Shown here one piece after another: positions 1 to 9,928 of a DNA stretch of 64,000 bases. The stretch is taken from the NCBI GenBank assembly GCA_965203805.1, contig OZ241917.1, positions 5,088,001 through 5,152,000 of the forward strand. The letters are read 5' to 3'. The notes beneath the pieces are model-generated. The model was not told the origin of the DNA, did not search any database, and saw nothing but the letters and a program-made list of their open reading frames with translations. Position numbers and translations under genes: made by a program. Numbering within the stretch: the first letter of the stretch is position 1; every line of letters begins with the position of its first letter. Source of the DNA: Candidatus Latescibacterota bacterium. GTDB taxonomy: Bacteria > Latescibacterota > UBA2968 > GCA-2709665.

Positions 1-15
1 AATACGGACGACGCG

Positions 16-43
16 GTAGGGGCGACCGGCCGGTCGCCCCTAC
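16..43. repeat. GTAG-type REP-like perfect palindrome
   Basis: GTAGGGGCGACCGG|CCGGTCGCCCCTAC is a perfect 28-bp inverted repeat starting with GTAG, the form typical of RAYT-associated REPs. Confidence 0.75.
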
Positions 44-84
44 GATAAGATTCTGGCATCCGGGGGGAGAGGTCGCCAAAAACC

Positions 85-205
85 GGTGAGACGGTAGACG
101 TTAGATGACGTCCTTGCCCGATTGGTTTTTCCTTTATGCCTGCGGCACAAAATGAAACCGGACGCGGCGGACAATCTCTCCCCTCTTACGTCTCACGTCT
201 CCCCG
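85..205. repeat. Dispersed intergenic repeat with inverted heptamer (GTGAGAC-like) arrays, copy 1
   Basis: Core tagatgacgtccttgcccgattggtttttcctttatgcctgcggcacaaaatgaaa aligns with about 11166-11221; heptamers gtgagac/gtagac on the left and their complement gtctcac on the right. Confidence 0.7.
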
Positions 206-214
206 TTTTTTCGC

Positions 215-245
215 TTTTATCCTGTTCATCCTGTGCATCCATGTT
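215..245. repeat. ATCCTGTnn 9-mer repeat unit, copy 1
   Basis: ttttatcctgttcatcctgtgcatccatgtt; near-identical units at 10256-10288 and 57368-57432. Confidence 0.7.
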
Positions 246-269
246 GGTCCTGTAATTTGCGTTAAGCGG

Positions 270-506
270 TCAAACGCGTTTGGCGACTTCGGGCTGGATT
301 TCTTCGTACTCGGGAAAGCGGCCTTCCCTGATCTTGGAGAAGGTGAGTTCGCCGTCGATGGTGACTTCGAACTTTCCGCCGCCGGAAGGAATAAGCGTAA
401 CGCCTTCAATGTCCTGCTTGAACTCTCTGAGGAGTCTGTCCGTCAAACTGACGGTCTGATCTTCGTAGCCTCAAGCCGCGCAGTATACAATGTCGATTCT
501 TGGCAT
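270..506 (-). CDS. Rdx family (SelT/SelW/SelH) selenoprotein, 78 aa, CxxU motif
   Basis: AAGGAGG RBS then ATG at 506. Translation MPRIDIVYCAA-U-GYEDQ...LIPSGGGKFEVTIDGELTFSKIREGRFPEYEEI. The in-frame TGA at 471-473 falls at the CxxU position, and the GGGxFEV..DG...FSK...GRFP signature lies downstream of it. Confidence 0.92.
440..454 (-). promoter_or_regulatory. Candidate bacterial SECIS hairpin
   Basis: mRNA CCGUCA-GUU-UGACGG stem-loop; the loop starts 22 nt after the UGA and begins with G, as in the bSECIS consensus. Confidence 0.6.
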
Positions 507-579
507 CTGGCGCCTCCTTGACGTGTGAGGATGAAATCCGGAGTCGGGTCGGATATCGAGGTAATTTCATGCCTGATTG

Positions 580-608
580 AATATATCTCCTCCAGCCGGG
601 ATTGTCAA
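580..608 (-). promoter_or_regulatory. sigma70-like promoter for the selenoprotein gene
   Basis: TTGACA-17 bp-TATATT on the minus strand. Confidence 0.6.
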
Positions 609-640
609 TACGGGGGGCGCGAAAGATGTCAGGATTCCGC

Positions 641-669
641 TTGACCGTCGCCATTGCGGGGCATAGATT
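641..669 (+). promoter_or_regulatory. sigma70-like promoter for the carboxypeptidase operon
   Basis: TTGACC-17 bp-TAGATT, divergent from the selenoprotein promoter. Confidence 0.45.
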
Positions 670-714
670 GCGATGGCGTTCGGGGCGGTCTTGGGAATGG
701 AGAATAAGGAGTTC

Positions 715-2229
715 ATGGTGTCTGCACAACGGGAGTACGAAGATCTCATCGGCCGGTGGAAGGAACTGCAGGTGCTGGAGTCCTGCGCGGCCGTCCTCGG
801 GTGGGATGAGCGCACCTATATGCCCCGGGGGGGCGCCGCTCACCGCGCCGAACAGCACGCCCTTCTGGCCGGGATGGCGCACGAGCGGGCGACGGCGCCC
901 GCGGTGGGGGATTTGCTGTCGCGGATCGAGGCGGAGGTTAACGGCTCCGAAGTGGATTCGGCGGCTGCCGTCAACGTGAGGGAAATCCGGCGGGAATACG
1001 ACAGGAGGACGAAGTTGCCGCGGTCCCTGGTGGTGGCGCTGGCGAAGGCGACGACGCTCGCTGAACAGGCATGGCAGGCGGCGCGTGAGGTCTGCGCGTT
1101 CGAGCCGTTCCGGCCACATCTCGAGGAGGTGGTGCGGCTTACCCGGGACGTGGCCGGGGCGCTCAGGGATGGGGGCTCGTTATACGACGCGCTCCTGGAC
1201 CGGTTTGAGCCTGGCGAGACATCCGACAATCTCAAAAGGGTGTTTGGGGCGCTGCGAGACGAACTGGCGCCGCTCGTCGCGGCGATCGTGGAATCGGGAA
1301 CAACGCCGGACGCTTCGATCCTGACCCGGGAGTATCCCGTGGAGAGACAGGCCGCATTCGGCACGGCCGCCGCGGAGGCGATCGGTTTCGACTTCGAGCG
1401 CGGGCGGCTGGATGAAACGGTGCATCCGTTCTGCTCGGGGATCGGCCCGGGCGACACCAGGATTACAACCCGCTACGACCGCAATCGGTTTGCGCAGGCC
1501 TTCTTCGGGACCCTTCACGAGACCGGCCACGGCCTGTACGACCAGGGTCTCGACGCCGCGCATTTCGGGACGCCGATGGGCGACGCCGTATCTCTGGGGA
1601 TTCACGAGTCCCAGTCCAGGATGTGGGAGAATTTCGTGGGGCGCAGCCGGGCATTCTGGACGCATTTCTTCCCGCAGGCGCGGGACGTCTTTCCCGCGGC
1701 GCTGGCGGGCGTTTCGCCGGACGCGTTCTATTTTTCGGTCAATGACGTGCGGCCGTCGTTCATTCGCGTGGAGGCCGACGAGGCGACTTACAATCTTCAT
1801 ATTCTGCTGCGGTTCGCGCTGGAAGAGGCGCTGGTGGAGGGCGATCTTCCGGTAGCAGACGTACCTGGCGCCTGGAACGAGCGGTTCGAGCGGGATTTCG
1901 GATTGAAGCCGCCCGACGATGCCCGCGGATGCCTTCAGGACGTGCACTGGAGCGCCGGACTGATCGGATATTTCCCCACCTATACGCTGGGCAATCTCTA
2001 TGCCGCCCAGTTTTTCGAAGCCGCCCGTAGGGACCTGGGCGATCTCGACGGGCACTTCGCCCAGGGGGAATTCGAACCGTTGCTGGGGTGGCTGAGGGAA
2101 AGGATTCACCGGCACGGAAATCGCTACCGGGCCCCGGAACTGGTACAGAATGTCACGGGAAACCCGTTGGACCACGGGGCGTTGATGGCGCACCTGAAGA
2201 CGAAATTCGGACGGTTATATGGGGTCTGA
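715..2229 (+). CDS. Carboxypeptidase Taq-like, peptidase family M32
   Basis: HETGH (HExxH), HPFC, IHESQSR, IRVEADE, QDVHW, GYFPTYTLG motifs; start set to the ATG after AAGGAG. Confidence 0.95.
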   Translation: MVSAQREYEDLIGRWKELQVLESCAAVLGWDERTYMPRGGAAHRAEQHALLAGMAHERATAPAVGDLLSRIEAEVNGSEVDSAAAVNVREIRREYDRRTKLPRSLVVALAKATTLAEQAWQAAREVCAFEPFRPHLEEVVRLTRDVAGALRDGGSLYDALLDRFEPGETSDNLKRVFGALRDELAPLVAAIVESGTTPDASILTREYPVERQAAFGTAAAEAIGFDFERGRLDETVHPFCSGIGPGDTRITTRYDRNRFAQAFFGTLHETGHGLYDQGLDAAHFGTPMGDAVSLGIHESQSRMWENFVGRSRAFWTHFFPQARDVFPAALAGVSPDAFYFSVNDVRPSFIRVEADEATYNLHILLRFALEEALVEGDLPVADVPGAWNERFERDFGLKPPDDARGCLQDVHWSAGLIGYFPTYTLGNLYAAQFFEAARRDLGDLDGHFAQGEFEPLLGWLRERIHRHGNRYRAPELVQNVTGNPLDHGALMAHLKTKFGRLYGV

Positions 2230-2236
2230 GCCATTG

Positions 2237-3178
2237 ATGAGGCGTCCGGTGATTCTGGACGCGGACCCCGGCGTGGACGACGCCCTGGCGATGATGCTGG
2301 CGCTGGGCTCCCAGGAACTGGAGGTACTTGGCATCTGTACCGTCTGCGGCAACGTGCCGATGGAGGTCGGAACCGGAAACGCGTTGAAGTTGCTGGCATT
2401 GCTGAATCGCGACGACGTGCCGGTTTACGCGGGCGCCTGTCGTCCGTTGAAGAGGAAAGCCGTATACGCCACCGAGGTGCACGGCAAGGGAGGATTGGGG
2501 GACGCGGTTCTGCCTCCGGCCGGTCGGCCGTCATCCGGCGACGCGGTCGCGTTTATCGTCGATACCCTTTCGGCCCGGCCCGGGCGTGTGACGTTGATCG
2601 CCGTTGGGCCGCTGACCAACCTGGCGCTGGCTGAATCCCGGTCCCCCGGGGTGTTGAAAAAAGCCCGGGAAGTGTGTGTAATGGGTGGTGCGATTGACGA
2701 GCCGGGTAACGTGACGCCCGCGGCAGAGTTCAATTTTTTTGCGGACCCGGACGCCGCGCGGCAGGTGGTGCGCTCCGGCGCAACCATTACGCTTGCGCCG
2801 CTGGACGTGACCCATCGCGTGGCGCTGGCAGACGCGCATATGGCAGGCATGCCGGCAACGCCTGCGGGCAACTTTGTGAGAGACGCGGTGAGACCGGCCA
2901 TGGATCATGCGATGCGTCTGCAGGGCCGGCGTCGTTTTTTCCTGCACGATCCGTTGGCGGCAGGGCTGGCGATCGATCCGTCGTTCTTCAGAATCGAGAC
3001 GGTGCGTGCGGACGTGGAGTCGGAGGGAGATCTCACCGCTGGACAGGTGGTGGCGGACCGGCGGTCGTTCTCCAGGGAGGAAGACCGGATGGGACTGCCG
3101 CTGAAGTGCGCGCTGGACGTGGACGCCGGTCGGTTTCTGACGTTTTTCCTGTCCCGGATTTTCCCGGCAATCGTCTAG
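2237..3178 (+). CDS. Inosine-uridine-preferring nucleoside hydrolase family
   Basis: DADPGVDD, GPLTNLA, AEFNFFADP, LHDP motifs. Confidence 0.93.
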   Translation: MRRPVILDADPGVDDALAMMLALGSQELEVLGICTVCGNVPMEVGTGNALKLLALLNRDDVPVYAGACRPLKRKAVYATEVHGKGGLGDAVLPPAGRPSSGDAVAFIVDTLSARPGRVTLIAVGPLTNLALAESRSPGVLKKAREVCVMGGAIDEPGNVTPAAEFNFFADPDAARQVVRSGATITLAPLDVTHRVALADAHMAGMPATPAGNFVRDAVRPAMDHAMRLQGRRRFFLHDPLAAGLAIDPSFFRIETVRADVESEGDLTAGQVVADRRSFSREEDRMGLPLKCALDVDAGRFLTFFLSRIFPAIV

Positions 3179-3194
3179 CGAAAGGTGTTCCGGC

Positions 3195-3941
3195 TTGAAA
3201 GGAATTATCATCGGCGCGGGTCGCGGCATCCGATTGATGCCGCACACGAAAGACGCGCCGAAATGTCTTGCCGAAGTGAGGGGCAGGCGGATTCTGGATT
3301 GGGGTCTGGACGCCCTGCGGGCGGCCGGGGTGCACGATATCGTGTTCATCGGCGGCTACCGCATCGAGCAGGTGCAGGCCGAATATCCCGGCCTTACGTA
3401 TTGTCACAACGCGGACTGGTCCAACAACAATATCCTGATTTCCCTCATGCATGCGGAATTCCATATGGACGACGGCTTCGTCTGTGCGTATTCCGATATT
3501 CTCTACAGGCCTGAGATCGTCGTGAATCTGATGGAGAGCGTGAATGAAATAACGTTGGTCTGCGACACGGCCTGGCGCGCACGCTACAGGAAGCGGACCG
3601 AGCATCCCGAGATCGATGCGGAGAAGATGGCCACCGTGGGTAACCGGGTGGTAGCCATTGGACGAAACATACCCGGCGAAATCGCTCACGGCGAATACAC
3701 GGGCATCGCCCGGTTCGGGCGAGACGGGTCCGTGCAGTTGCGGGAGGCCTTTCACCGGGCAAAGACCCGGTACAACGGCAGACCGTTTCAATCGGCCGCC
3801 ACCTTTCAGAAAGCGTACCTGATCGACCTCTATCAGGAGATGCTGGAAGCGAAGGTCCCTATGCACCTGATCGAGACGCCGGGCGGATATCTGGAAATCG
3901 ATACCAATCAGGACTTCAAGATTGCGCGAGAGGAGTGGTAG
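3195..3941 (+). CDS. Phosphocholine cytidylyltransferase (LicC)-like nucleotidyltransferase
   Basis: GAGRGIRL..PKCL N-terminal NTP-transferase motif, YSD, EIDT..D. Confidence 0.8.
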   Translation: MKGIIIGAGRGIRLMPHTKDAPKCLAEVRGRRILDWGLDALRAAGVHDIVFIGGYRIEQVQAEYPGLTYCHNADWSNNNILISLMHAEFHMDDGFVCAYSDILYRPEIVVNLMESVNEITLVCDTAWRARYRKRTEHPEIDAEKMATVGNRVVAIGRNIPGEIAHGEYTGIARFGRDGSVQLREAFHRAKTRYNGRPFQSAATFQKAYLIDLYQEMLEAKVPMHLIETPGGYLEIDTNQDFKIAREEW

Positions 3942-3944
3942 GGT

Positions 3945-5006
3945 ATGACAAACGAGCACGTTCCGTTTCCGGCGGGTGTTGTGGGAAGCATGCCGCGTTC
4001 AAAATTTGTGCGCGACCTGCTGGATCCCGATAGTGCGCCCGAGGATCCCACGGAGTTTTCCGCACGGATGGATGCTTCGGTAGACTATGTCCTCGCGCTG
4101 CAGGAGGCCGCCGGACTGGACGTCGTTTCCGACGGAGAGTACCGCCGCCGGTCCTATATCGGCATTATCGCGGACGTGGCGGACGGGTTTGTGCGGGAGC
4201 GGAATGATGGCTTGTGGTGGCACACGGTCGTGGCGCCTGTGGTCGCGAAGAGGAGGGGTCTCGCCGCTGCCGAGGCGGAATATCTCCGCGCGCGGACCCA
4301 GAAGGCGGTCAAGGTGGCCCTGCCCTCACCCTATCTACTGGGCCAGCGGATGTGGCACCCTGAACGTTCGCGCGACGCGTATCCCACCCGGGAGGGGTTC
4401 ATGCAGGCGCTGGTACCCGTGCTTCGGGAGGAACTGCTGCTGCTCCGGGACGCGGGCGCCGATACCGTCCAGTTCGACGATCCGCATCTCTGCCTGTTCG
4501 TGGATCCCCGCGTGCGCGGCAGGTTCGCACACCCCGAACGGGAGATGGACCTCTGCGTGGATCTGATGAACCAGATTGTGGATGGCGTTGAGGGGATGGC
4601 CGTGGCCGTGCATCTGTGCCGTAGAAACAAGGGTCGGGCAGGTTGGGTCGGGCAGGGCGGTTACGGTCCGATTCTGCCCGCGTTGCTGCGACTGAACGTG
4701 GATCAATACGTCATGGAATTCACCGTTCCCGTCGCGGGTGATCTGGACGTCTTGAAACAGATCCCGGAAGACCGGCAGGTGGGCCTGGGCTGCGTGGACT
4801 GCAGGTCTCCCCGAATCGATACCGTTGCCGAAATCGTCCATCGCGTGGAACAGGCCCTCGAATTCCTGCGTCCCGACCAGATTTTTCTGAATCCCGACTG
4901 CGGATTCGCGCCGGGTAACGCGGCCGAGATCCCGGTTGAAGAGGCTTTCGCGAAGCTCCGCAACGAGGCAAAAGCAGCGGAGATTCTGAGGGAGAAGTAC
5001 GGGTAG
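3945..5006 (+). CDS. Cobalamin-independent methionine synthase II family protein
   Basis: VGSMPR, DGEYRR, Zn ligands HLCR and PDCGF. Confidence 0.88.
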   Translation: MTNEHVPFPAGVVGSMPRSKFVRDLLDPDSAPEDPTEFSARMDASVDYVLALQEAAGLDVVSDGEYRRRSYIGIIADVADGFVRERNDGLWWHTVVAPVVAKRRGLAAAEAEYLRARTQKAVKVALPSPYLLGQRMWHPERSRDAYPTREGFMQALVPVLREELLLLRDAGADTVQFDDPHLCLFVDPRVRGRFAHPEREMDLCVDLMNQIVDGVEGMAVAVHLCRRNKGRAGWVGQGGYGPILPALLRLNVDQYVMEFTVPVAGDLDVLKQIPEDRQVGLGCVDCRSPRIDTVAEIVHRVEQALEFLRPDQIFLNPDCGFAPGNAAEIPVEEAFAKLRNEAKAAEILREKYG

Positions 5007-5010
5007 GGAC

Positions 5011-5970
5011 TTATGGATTCTTCCGGAGATGGAGGTAGGACTCGTACCGTTCGCGGGAAACTTCCTCCAGATCGACGGCATCTCTGACAATGCATCCGGG
5101 CTCACGCACGTGGGTGCAGTTCCGAAAACGGCAGTGTCCGGGCAGGCCCCGGAATTCCGGAAACAGCCCGTCGATTTCCTCCGGTTCGATCTCCCACAGG
5201 TGGAATTCCCTCACGCCCGGCAGGTCGCCGACCATGCCGCCGGTTTCAAGTTCGACGAGTTCCGTGTGAGTGGTCGTGTGCCGGCCTTCGCCGGTGGTTG
5301 CGCTGATTTCACTCGTCCGCAAACCGAGGCCCGGCTGCAGCCAGTTCAACAGGCTGGATTTGCCAACGCCGGAAGGCCCCATGAAGAGCGAAATCCGGCC
5401 TTTCAGGAGGTCCAGGAACGCTTCTTTGCCCCTGTCGGTGACAATACTGGTGAGCACAACCGGGTATCCGATTTGTTTGTAGATCGAAGCCGTCGCCTCG
5501 AAATCGTCGGGGCAGGGCAGATCCAGTTTGTTGAAGCAGACGGCGGCCGGTATCTCAGACCATTCCGCGACGGCCAGCATACGGTCCAGCATATTCCAGT
5601 CCGTCGGCGGCTCCGCCACCGAGAAGACCGGGAGGAGCTGATCGATATTGGCGGCCAGGATCTGCTCTCTGCGTGAACTTCCGGAGGCCCTTCGAGAGAT
5701 CTTGTTCCGCCTCGGAAGGACTTCACGGATCAGACCGGTATTTCCTTCGCCGGTATCGATCCGGACGCGGTCACCTATGGCAACGGGGTCCACAACCCGG
5801 GCGCGACGGACGGCCTGTACCCGTTTGCGGCGCGAACCGGGCGATGCTTCGGGATATTGAAGCTGTTTGCGCAGTTTGCTGGAAATGGCGCAGTCAACCA
5901 CCCCGTCTCCGGTGGCGACATGGTAATGCCTTCGGTGTTCACGGATTACGGTGCCTTCAATGGGTTCCAT
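5011..5970 (-). CDS. rsgA: Ribosome small subunit-dependent GTPase A
   Basis: Circularly permuted GTPase motifs NKLD, GPSGVGKS, GRHTTT, DLPG; Zn finger CRFRNCTHVREPGC. Confidence 0.95.
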   Translation of the reverse strand: MEPIEGTVIREHRRHYHVATGDGVVDCAISSKLRKQLQYPEASPGSRRKRVQAVRRARVVDPVAIGDRVRIDTGEGNTGLIREVLPRRNKISRRASGSSRREQILAANIDQLLPVFSVAEPPTDWNMLDRMLAVAEWSEIPAAVCFNKLDLPCPDDFEATASIYKQIGYPVVLTSIVTDRGKEAFLDLLKGRISLFMGPSGVGKSSLLNWLQPGLGLRTSEISATTGEGRHTTTHTELVELETGGMVGDLPGVREFHLWEIEPEEIDGLFPEFRGLPGHCRFRNCTHVREPGCIVRDAVDLEEVSRERYESYLHLRKNP

Positions 5971-6176
5971 AAGAAATCAGGGCAGGTGCGGATGACTTAC
6001 CGCTTCTGCTTCGTGCTTTTCTCAAAATACTGTAAATAAGAATGTTATGGACAAAACTGGAATTCAATGCAGCAGCCGGAAGGCGCGGAAAATTAAGCGC
6101 TGAGGAAACTTTGTCAAGGAAAAAGACAATGTGAAGGGGATTCGGAAGACGGCATCGAGAGGCATCGTGAATCGGG

Positions 6177-6204
6177 TTGACTTTGGCGGGGCATTTGTTA
6201 TTAT
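6177..6204 (+). promoter_or_regulatory. sigma70-like promoter with extended -10
   Basis: TTGACT-16 bp-TATTAT with TG upstream of the -10. Confidence 0.45.
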
Positions 6205-6312
6205 TTTTCAAAAGGCGGCTGTAAGCGTTCAGCCGTCAGCCATCAGCTAGAACCAAAAGCCCAATCGGTCGAGGTGTGCGCCGTAAAGCGGCAGGACTGG
6301 ATGCGGCGCGTC

Positions 6313-6336
6313 GAGGGCAAGATGCCCTCGCTCCCA
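6313..6336. repeat. REP-like hairpin
   Basis: GAGGGCAAGATGCCCTCGCTCCCA, stem GAGGGCA/TGCCCTC. Confidence 0.45.
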
Positions 6337-6355
6337 GGGGACACAGGAATTCTCA

Positions 6356-7102
6356 ATGGAACAGGATTTATCGCCGATTTTCGAACGCTGGATATTCGAG
6401 CCCCGGAAGCCCTGTACCAGAAGAATCGTGGGAATCGACGGAAGGGAGAAGCTGCAGGTCCGGTTTGAACTCGGCCTTCTCCAGATGGAAATGACCGGTC
6501 GGCCCGACGGTACATCCCCGAACGGGTATGAGTCCGCACTCGACGAGTACCTCGACTGCCTGGAGGCCCACCGAAGGAACCATGGTTCAGACGAAGGGTT
6601 CTGCCTGGAGGAGGGGGCGTGCAACGTGTTGTGGACGGAAGGCGTACAGTATTATCAGCGATACATCTGTCTGATGCATCTGAGCGATTTCGAAGGTGTC
6701 CTGAGAGACACCACGCATAATCTGGCGTTGCTGGATCTGGTCCGGACCTATGCCGCCAATGAAGAGATCAAGCGTGAATTCGAACGGTCCCGCACGTGTG
6801 TGCTCATGGCGCACGCCAGGTCCAAGGGTGAAATCTGCCTTCAGAATGGAGACTCCGAAGGCGCGCTCGAGGTGGTACGTGAGGGAATCGAGGAGATCCG
6901 GTCCGTCGCCAACGGGTCCGGAGATTCGGAGCATCCGGAATCCGGCGACGCGCTTCGTTCCCTGGAAGCGTGGGCGGAAGAGATTCGGCGGCGATATCCC
7001 GTCGACAGGGAAAACTCCATTGAACAGATTCAGACGGCGGTCGCCGGAAAGCGTTACGTACAGGCCGCGGGTTTTGGGAACCGGCTGCACGGACTGAACT
7101 GA
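6356..7102 (+). CDS. Conserved hypothetical protein with degenerate C-terminal UvrB/UvrC (UVR) motif
   Basis: GLLQMEMTGRPDG..P.GYES, EGVQYYQRY, RDT.HNL motifs; C-terminal AV...RY.QAA. Confidence 0.65.
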   Translation: MEQDLSPIFERWIFEPRKPCTRRIVGIDGREKLQVRFELGLLQMEMTGRPDGTSPNGYESALDEYLDCLEAHRRNHGSDEGFCLEEGACNVLWTEGVQYYQRYICLMHLSDFEGVLRDTTHNLALLDLVRTYAANEEIKREFERSRTCVLMAHARSKGEICLQNGDSEGALEVVREGIEEIRSVANGSGDSEHPESGDALRSLEAWAEEIRRRYPVDRENSIEQIQTAVAGKRYVQAAGFGNRLHGLN

Positions 7103-7256
7103 ATTCCGCCGTTGACAATAGATCAGGTTGTCCGTGCGGATCTATCGGCGCCGCTTGGGCGAAGCACAGTTGATTCCGATCCTGAACAGCGATACGTTTT
7201 CAGATCGGGATTTTTTGTATCTGGCGCAGGATCGGGCTGATTGGACGGTGAACCGG

Positions 7257-8516
7257 ATGAACCCGGAATTCATGATCGCCCGCAGGCATTTCCGGTCTCT
7301 CCGCTCCCGGAGGCGCATCTCATTTACGATATTCATCGCAGCAATAGGCGTGGCGCTGGGCGTGTCATCGCTGGTGATCGTCATGTCCGTCATGAACGGA
7401 TATACGAATATGATCCGCCAGCGCCTTCTGGGTGTAAACGCGCACGTGACCGTCCGCATGTCCTATCGCAAGCCGATTGCGGATTTCATGCCGGTCGTCC
7501 GCACCCTGGAAGACCTTCCTGAAGTGATTGCGGCGTCGCCATATGTCCACGCGGAGGGGTTTGTCTTCCGGAAGCCGGCCGGAGCGAGTGCGGTCAAGTC
7601 GGGTGTTCTGGTACGAGGAGTGGATCCGGAGGCCTTTGCCCGCACCAGCGACGTGGGAGTATACATTCAGAAAGGAACGATAGACCTCGGCCCGCTGGAG
7701 AAGCAGGGTTCGCGTGCGGTTTACGGAATCGTGTTGGGGCAGGTGCTGGCGCAAAAGCTGGATGCTGCGCCCGGAGACGACGTGTTCCTGGGGCTGGTGC
7801 CGAAGGACGTGTTCAGCGGACGCGGACGCCGGTGGCAGCGATACCGGGTAACCGGCGTCTTCAATACGGGCTATTTCGAGTTCGATTCCCGTCTCATCTA
7901 TATTTCTCTGCCGGCCGCCAGACGGGACCTGGGATGGCAGGACGTTGTCACGGGAATCCGCCTGCGTCTGCGGGATCCGATGGAAGCCGACCGGATGGGC
8001 GAGACGCTCAGACAGGTCCTGCGTGAGGCGTATCCCGGTCTGTTCGCAACGTCGTGGACGCGGAATTTCGGTAACTTCTACGTGCTGATCCAGTTGCAGA
8101 AGTGGACGTTTTTTCTGATTCTGAGTCTGATTGTGGTCGTGGCGGGATTCAACATCATCAGTATCCTGACGATGAATGTGACCGATCGCCGCCGGGAGAT
8201 CGGAATCCTGAAGGCGATGGGAATGATCCCGAGGCGAATCGGCCGGATTTTCACCGTCGAGGGCGTGGCGGTGGGCGTATCGGGGATTGCAATCGGCAAT
8301 CTCCTGGGGTTTTCGCTTTGCTGGATTCAGAAGCGGTTCGAAGTGATTCGCGTGCCAGGGGAGGTCTATTACGTCAGTTCGCTGCCGGTGGAAATGCGCC
8401 TCGAGGATTTCGGCCTGGTTTCCCTGTGCGCGGTTCTCATCTGCTATCTCTTCAGCCTGGTTCCTTCCCGTGATGCGGCGGCGCTGGATCCGGTGGATGC
8501 CATCCGCTATGAGTGA
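7257..8516 (+). CDS. LolC/E-family (FtsX-like) ABC transporter permease
   Basis: IARRHFRS, SVMNG, VAGFNIIS, REIGILKAMG, LDPVDAIRYE. Confidence 0.9.
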   Translation: MNPEFMIARRHFRSLRSRRRISFTIFIAAIGVALGVSSLVIVMSVMNGYTNMIRQRLLGVNAHVTVRMSYRKPIADFMPVVRTLEDLPEVIAASPYVHAEGFVFRKPAGASAVKSGVLVRGVDPEAFARTSDVGVYIQKGTIDLGPLEKQGSRAVYGIVLGQVLAQKLDAAPGDDVFLGLVPKDVFSGRGRRWQRYRVTGVFNTGYFEFDSRLIYISLPAARRDLGWQDVVTGIRLRLRDPMEADRMGETLRQVLREAYPGLFATSWTRNFGNFYVLIQLQKWTFFLILSLIVVVAGFNIISILTMNVTDRRREIGILKAMGMIPRRIGRIFTVEGVAVGVSGIAIGNLLGFSLCWIQKRFEVIRVPGEVYYVSSLPVEMRLEDFGLVSLCAVLICYLFSLVPSRDAAALDPVDAIRYE

Positions 8517-8555
8517 TCGACGATGTACGCGGCCGCCGGACCGGGAGCGAGGCGG

Positions 8556-8567
8556 GACGAATCAAGG
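8556..8567. repeat. Solo terminal inverted repeat of the CCTTGATTC MITE family
   Basis: GACGAATCAAGG(TTAG) is the exact reverse complement of (CTAA)CCTTGATTCGTC at 26345-26360. Confidence 0.55.
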
Positions 8568-8609
8568 TTAGGAATCATCGGTACAGGACACCTGGACAGG
8601 GCGCCGGCA

Positions 8610-9860
8610 ATGGTTGAATTATTGATTGCGCGACGGTATCTTCGCTCGATGCGCCGCCGGAAACGGGTGTCGTTCACGGTTGTCGTGGCGGTATTGGGCG
8701 TGGGCCTGGGCGTGGCGGCGCTCGTGATCGTGTTGTCGGTGTCGAACGGGTTTTCGTCGCTGGTATGGGACCGGCTGCTGGGCGTGAACGCGCATGCGAC
8801 GGTGCGCGCGGAGAGCGGGCGCCCGATTGAGGATACAGGCGCGCTCCTGACCGCGCTGGACGCCCATCCCCTGGTCACTGGCGTGTCGCCGTTTGCGGCT
8901 TCAGAAGGCGCTCTCCTTCACCGTTCCTTTGAAAACGAGGTGTATAGCGCCGCTGTGATGGTGAGGGGCGTGACGCCGGACGGATTGGAAGCGGTAAGCG
9001 ATCTGGAGGACTATATCTGGGGTGGCGCCCTGGATCTCGGTATCCAGGAAACCGAGGGCCGCGGTCGGGTCTACGGGATCGTGGTCGGGCGCTATCTGGC
9101 CGATCAGCTGGGCGTGCGGGTGGGGTCGGAGGTGCGTCTCTGGATCCTGCCGCACGATGTCTTCGCCGCGCAGACCCGGTTCCGGCGCTACCTGGTCACC
9201 GGCATCTTCAGCTCGGGTAACCCTGAGTACGACAGTGGATTGGCCTATGTTACTCTTTCAGCAGCCCGTAGAGACCTCGGCTGGGAGCGCCGGATCAGCG
9301 GCGTCCGCCTCAGGTTCGCCGACGCCTTTCGGGCGCGGGAAATCAGCGCGGCCGTTGAGAAGACGGCCCGGCAACTGGATCCGGCGCTTGCCGTGCATCC
9401 CTGGATGCGCGACCACGGCAATCTCTATTTTTCCATCCATCTGGAGAAGTGGGCGAGTTTTCTGGGAATCGGGCTGATCGTCGTGGTTGCGGGCTTCAAC
9501 ATCGTCAGCGTGCTTACCATGAACGTGGCGGAAAGACGCCGTGAGATTGGCATCCTCAAGACCCTTGGCGTGCCGCCGCGGAGAATCGGTCGTATATTTA
9601 CCTGGCAGGGCCTCGCAGTGGGCCTCTCCGGCGTCTTGCTGGGCAATCTTCTGGGCTTTGCCCTGTGCTGGGCGCAGCAGCGGTATGAATTGCTTGTAAT
9701 TCCGGGAGACGTTTTGATTACGCAGGCACTGCCCGTAGAAATGCAGGTGTCTGATTTTCTGGCGATTTCGGCTTCCGCCGCGTTGGTCTGCTATCTCTTT
9801 ACGCTGTTTCCGGCTCGGGATGCCGCGGCGCAGGACCCGGTTGAAGCAATCAGGCAATAG
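8610..9860 (+). CDS. LolC/E-family ABC transporter permease, second paralogue
   Basis: IARRYLRS, VAGFNIVS, REIGILKTLG, DPVEAIR; colinear with the upstream gene. Confidence 0.9.
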   Translation: MVELLIARRYLRSMRRRKRVSFTVVVAVLGVGLGVAALVIVLSVSNGFSSLVWDRLLGVNAHATVRAESGRPIEDTGALLTALDAHPLVTGVSPFAASEGALLHRSFENEVYSAAVMVRGVTPDGLEAVSDLEDYIWGGALDLGIQETEGRGRVYGIVVGRYLADQLGVRVGSEVRLWILPHDVFAAQTRFRRYLVTGIFSSGNPEYDSGLAYVTLSAARRDLGWERRISGVRLRFADAFRAREISAAVEKTARQLDPALAVHPWMRDHGNLYFSIHLEKWASFLGIGLIVVVAGFNIVSVLTMNVAERRREIGILKTLGVPPRRIGRIFTWQGLAVGLSGVLLGNLLGFALCWAQQRYELLVIPGDVLITQALPVEMQVSDFLAISASAALVCYLFTLFPARDAAAQDPVEAIRQ

Positions 9861-9928
9861 TAACCTGTCCGGGAAACAGGCCGCCCTTCTTCCGTTGCCG
9901 GAGCGATGCTGGGACCAGAAGGGGCTCC

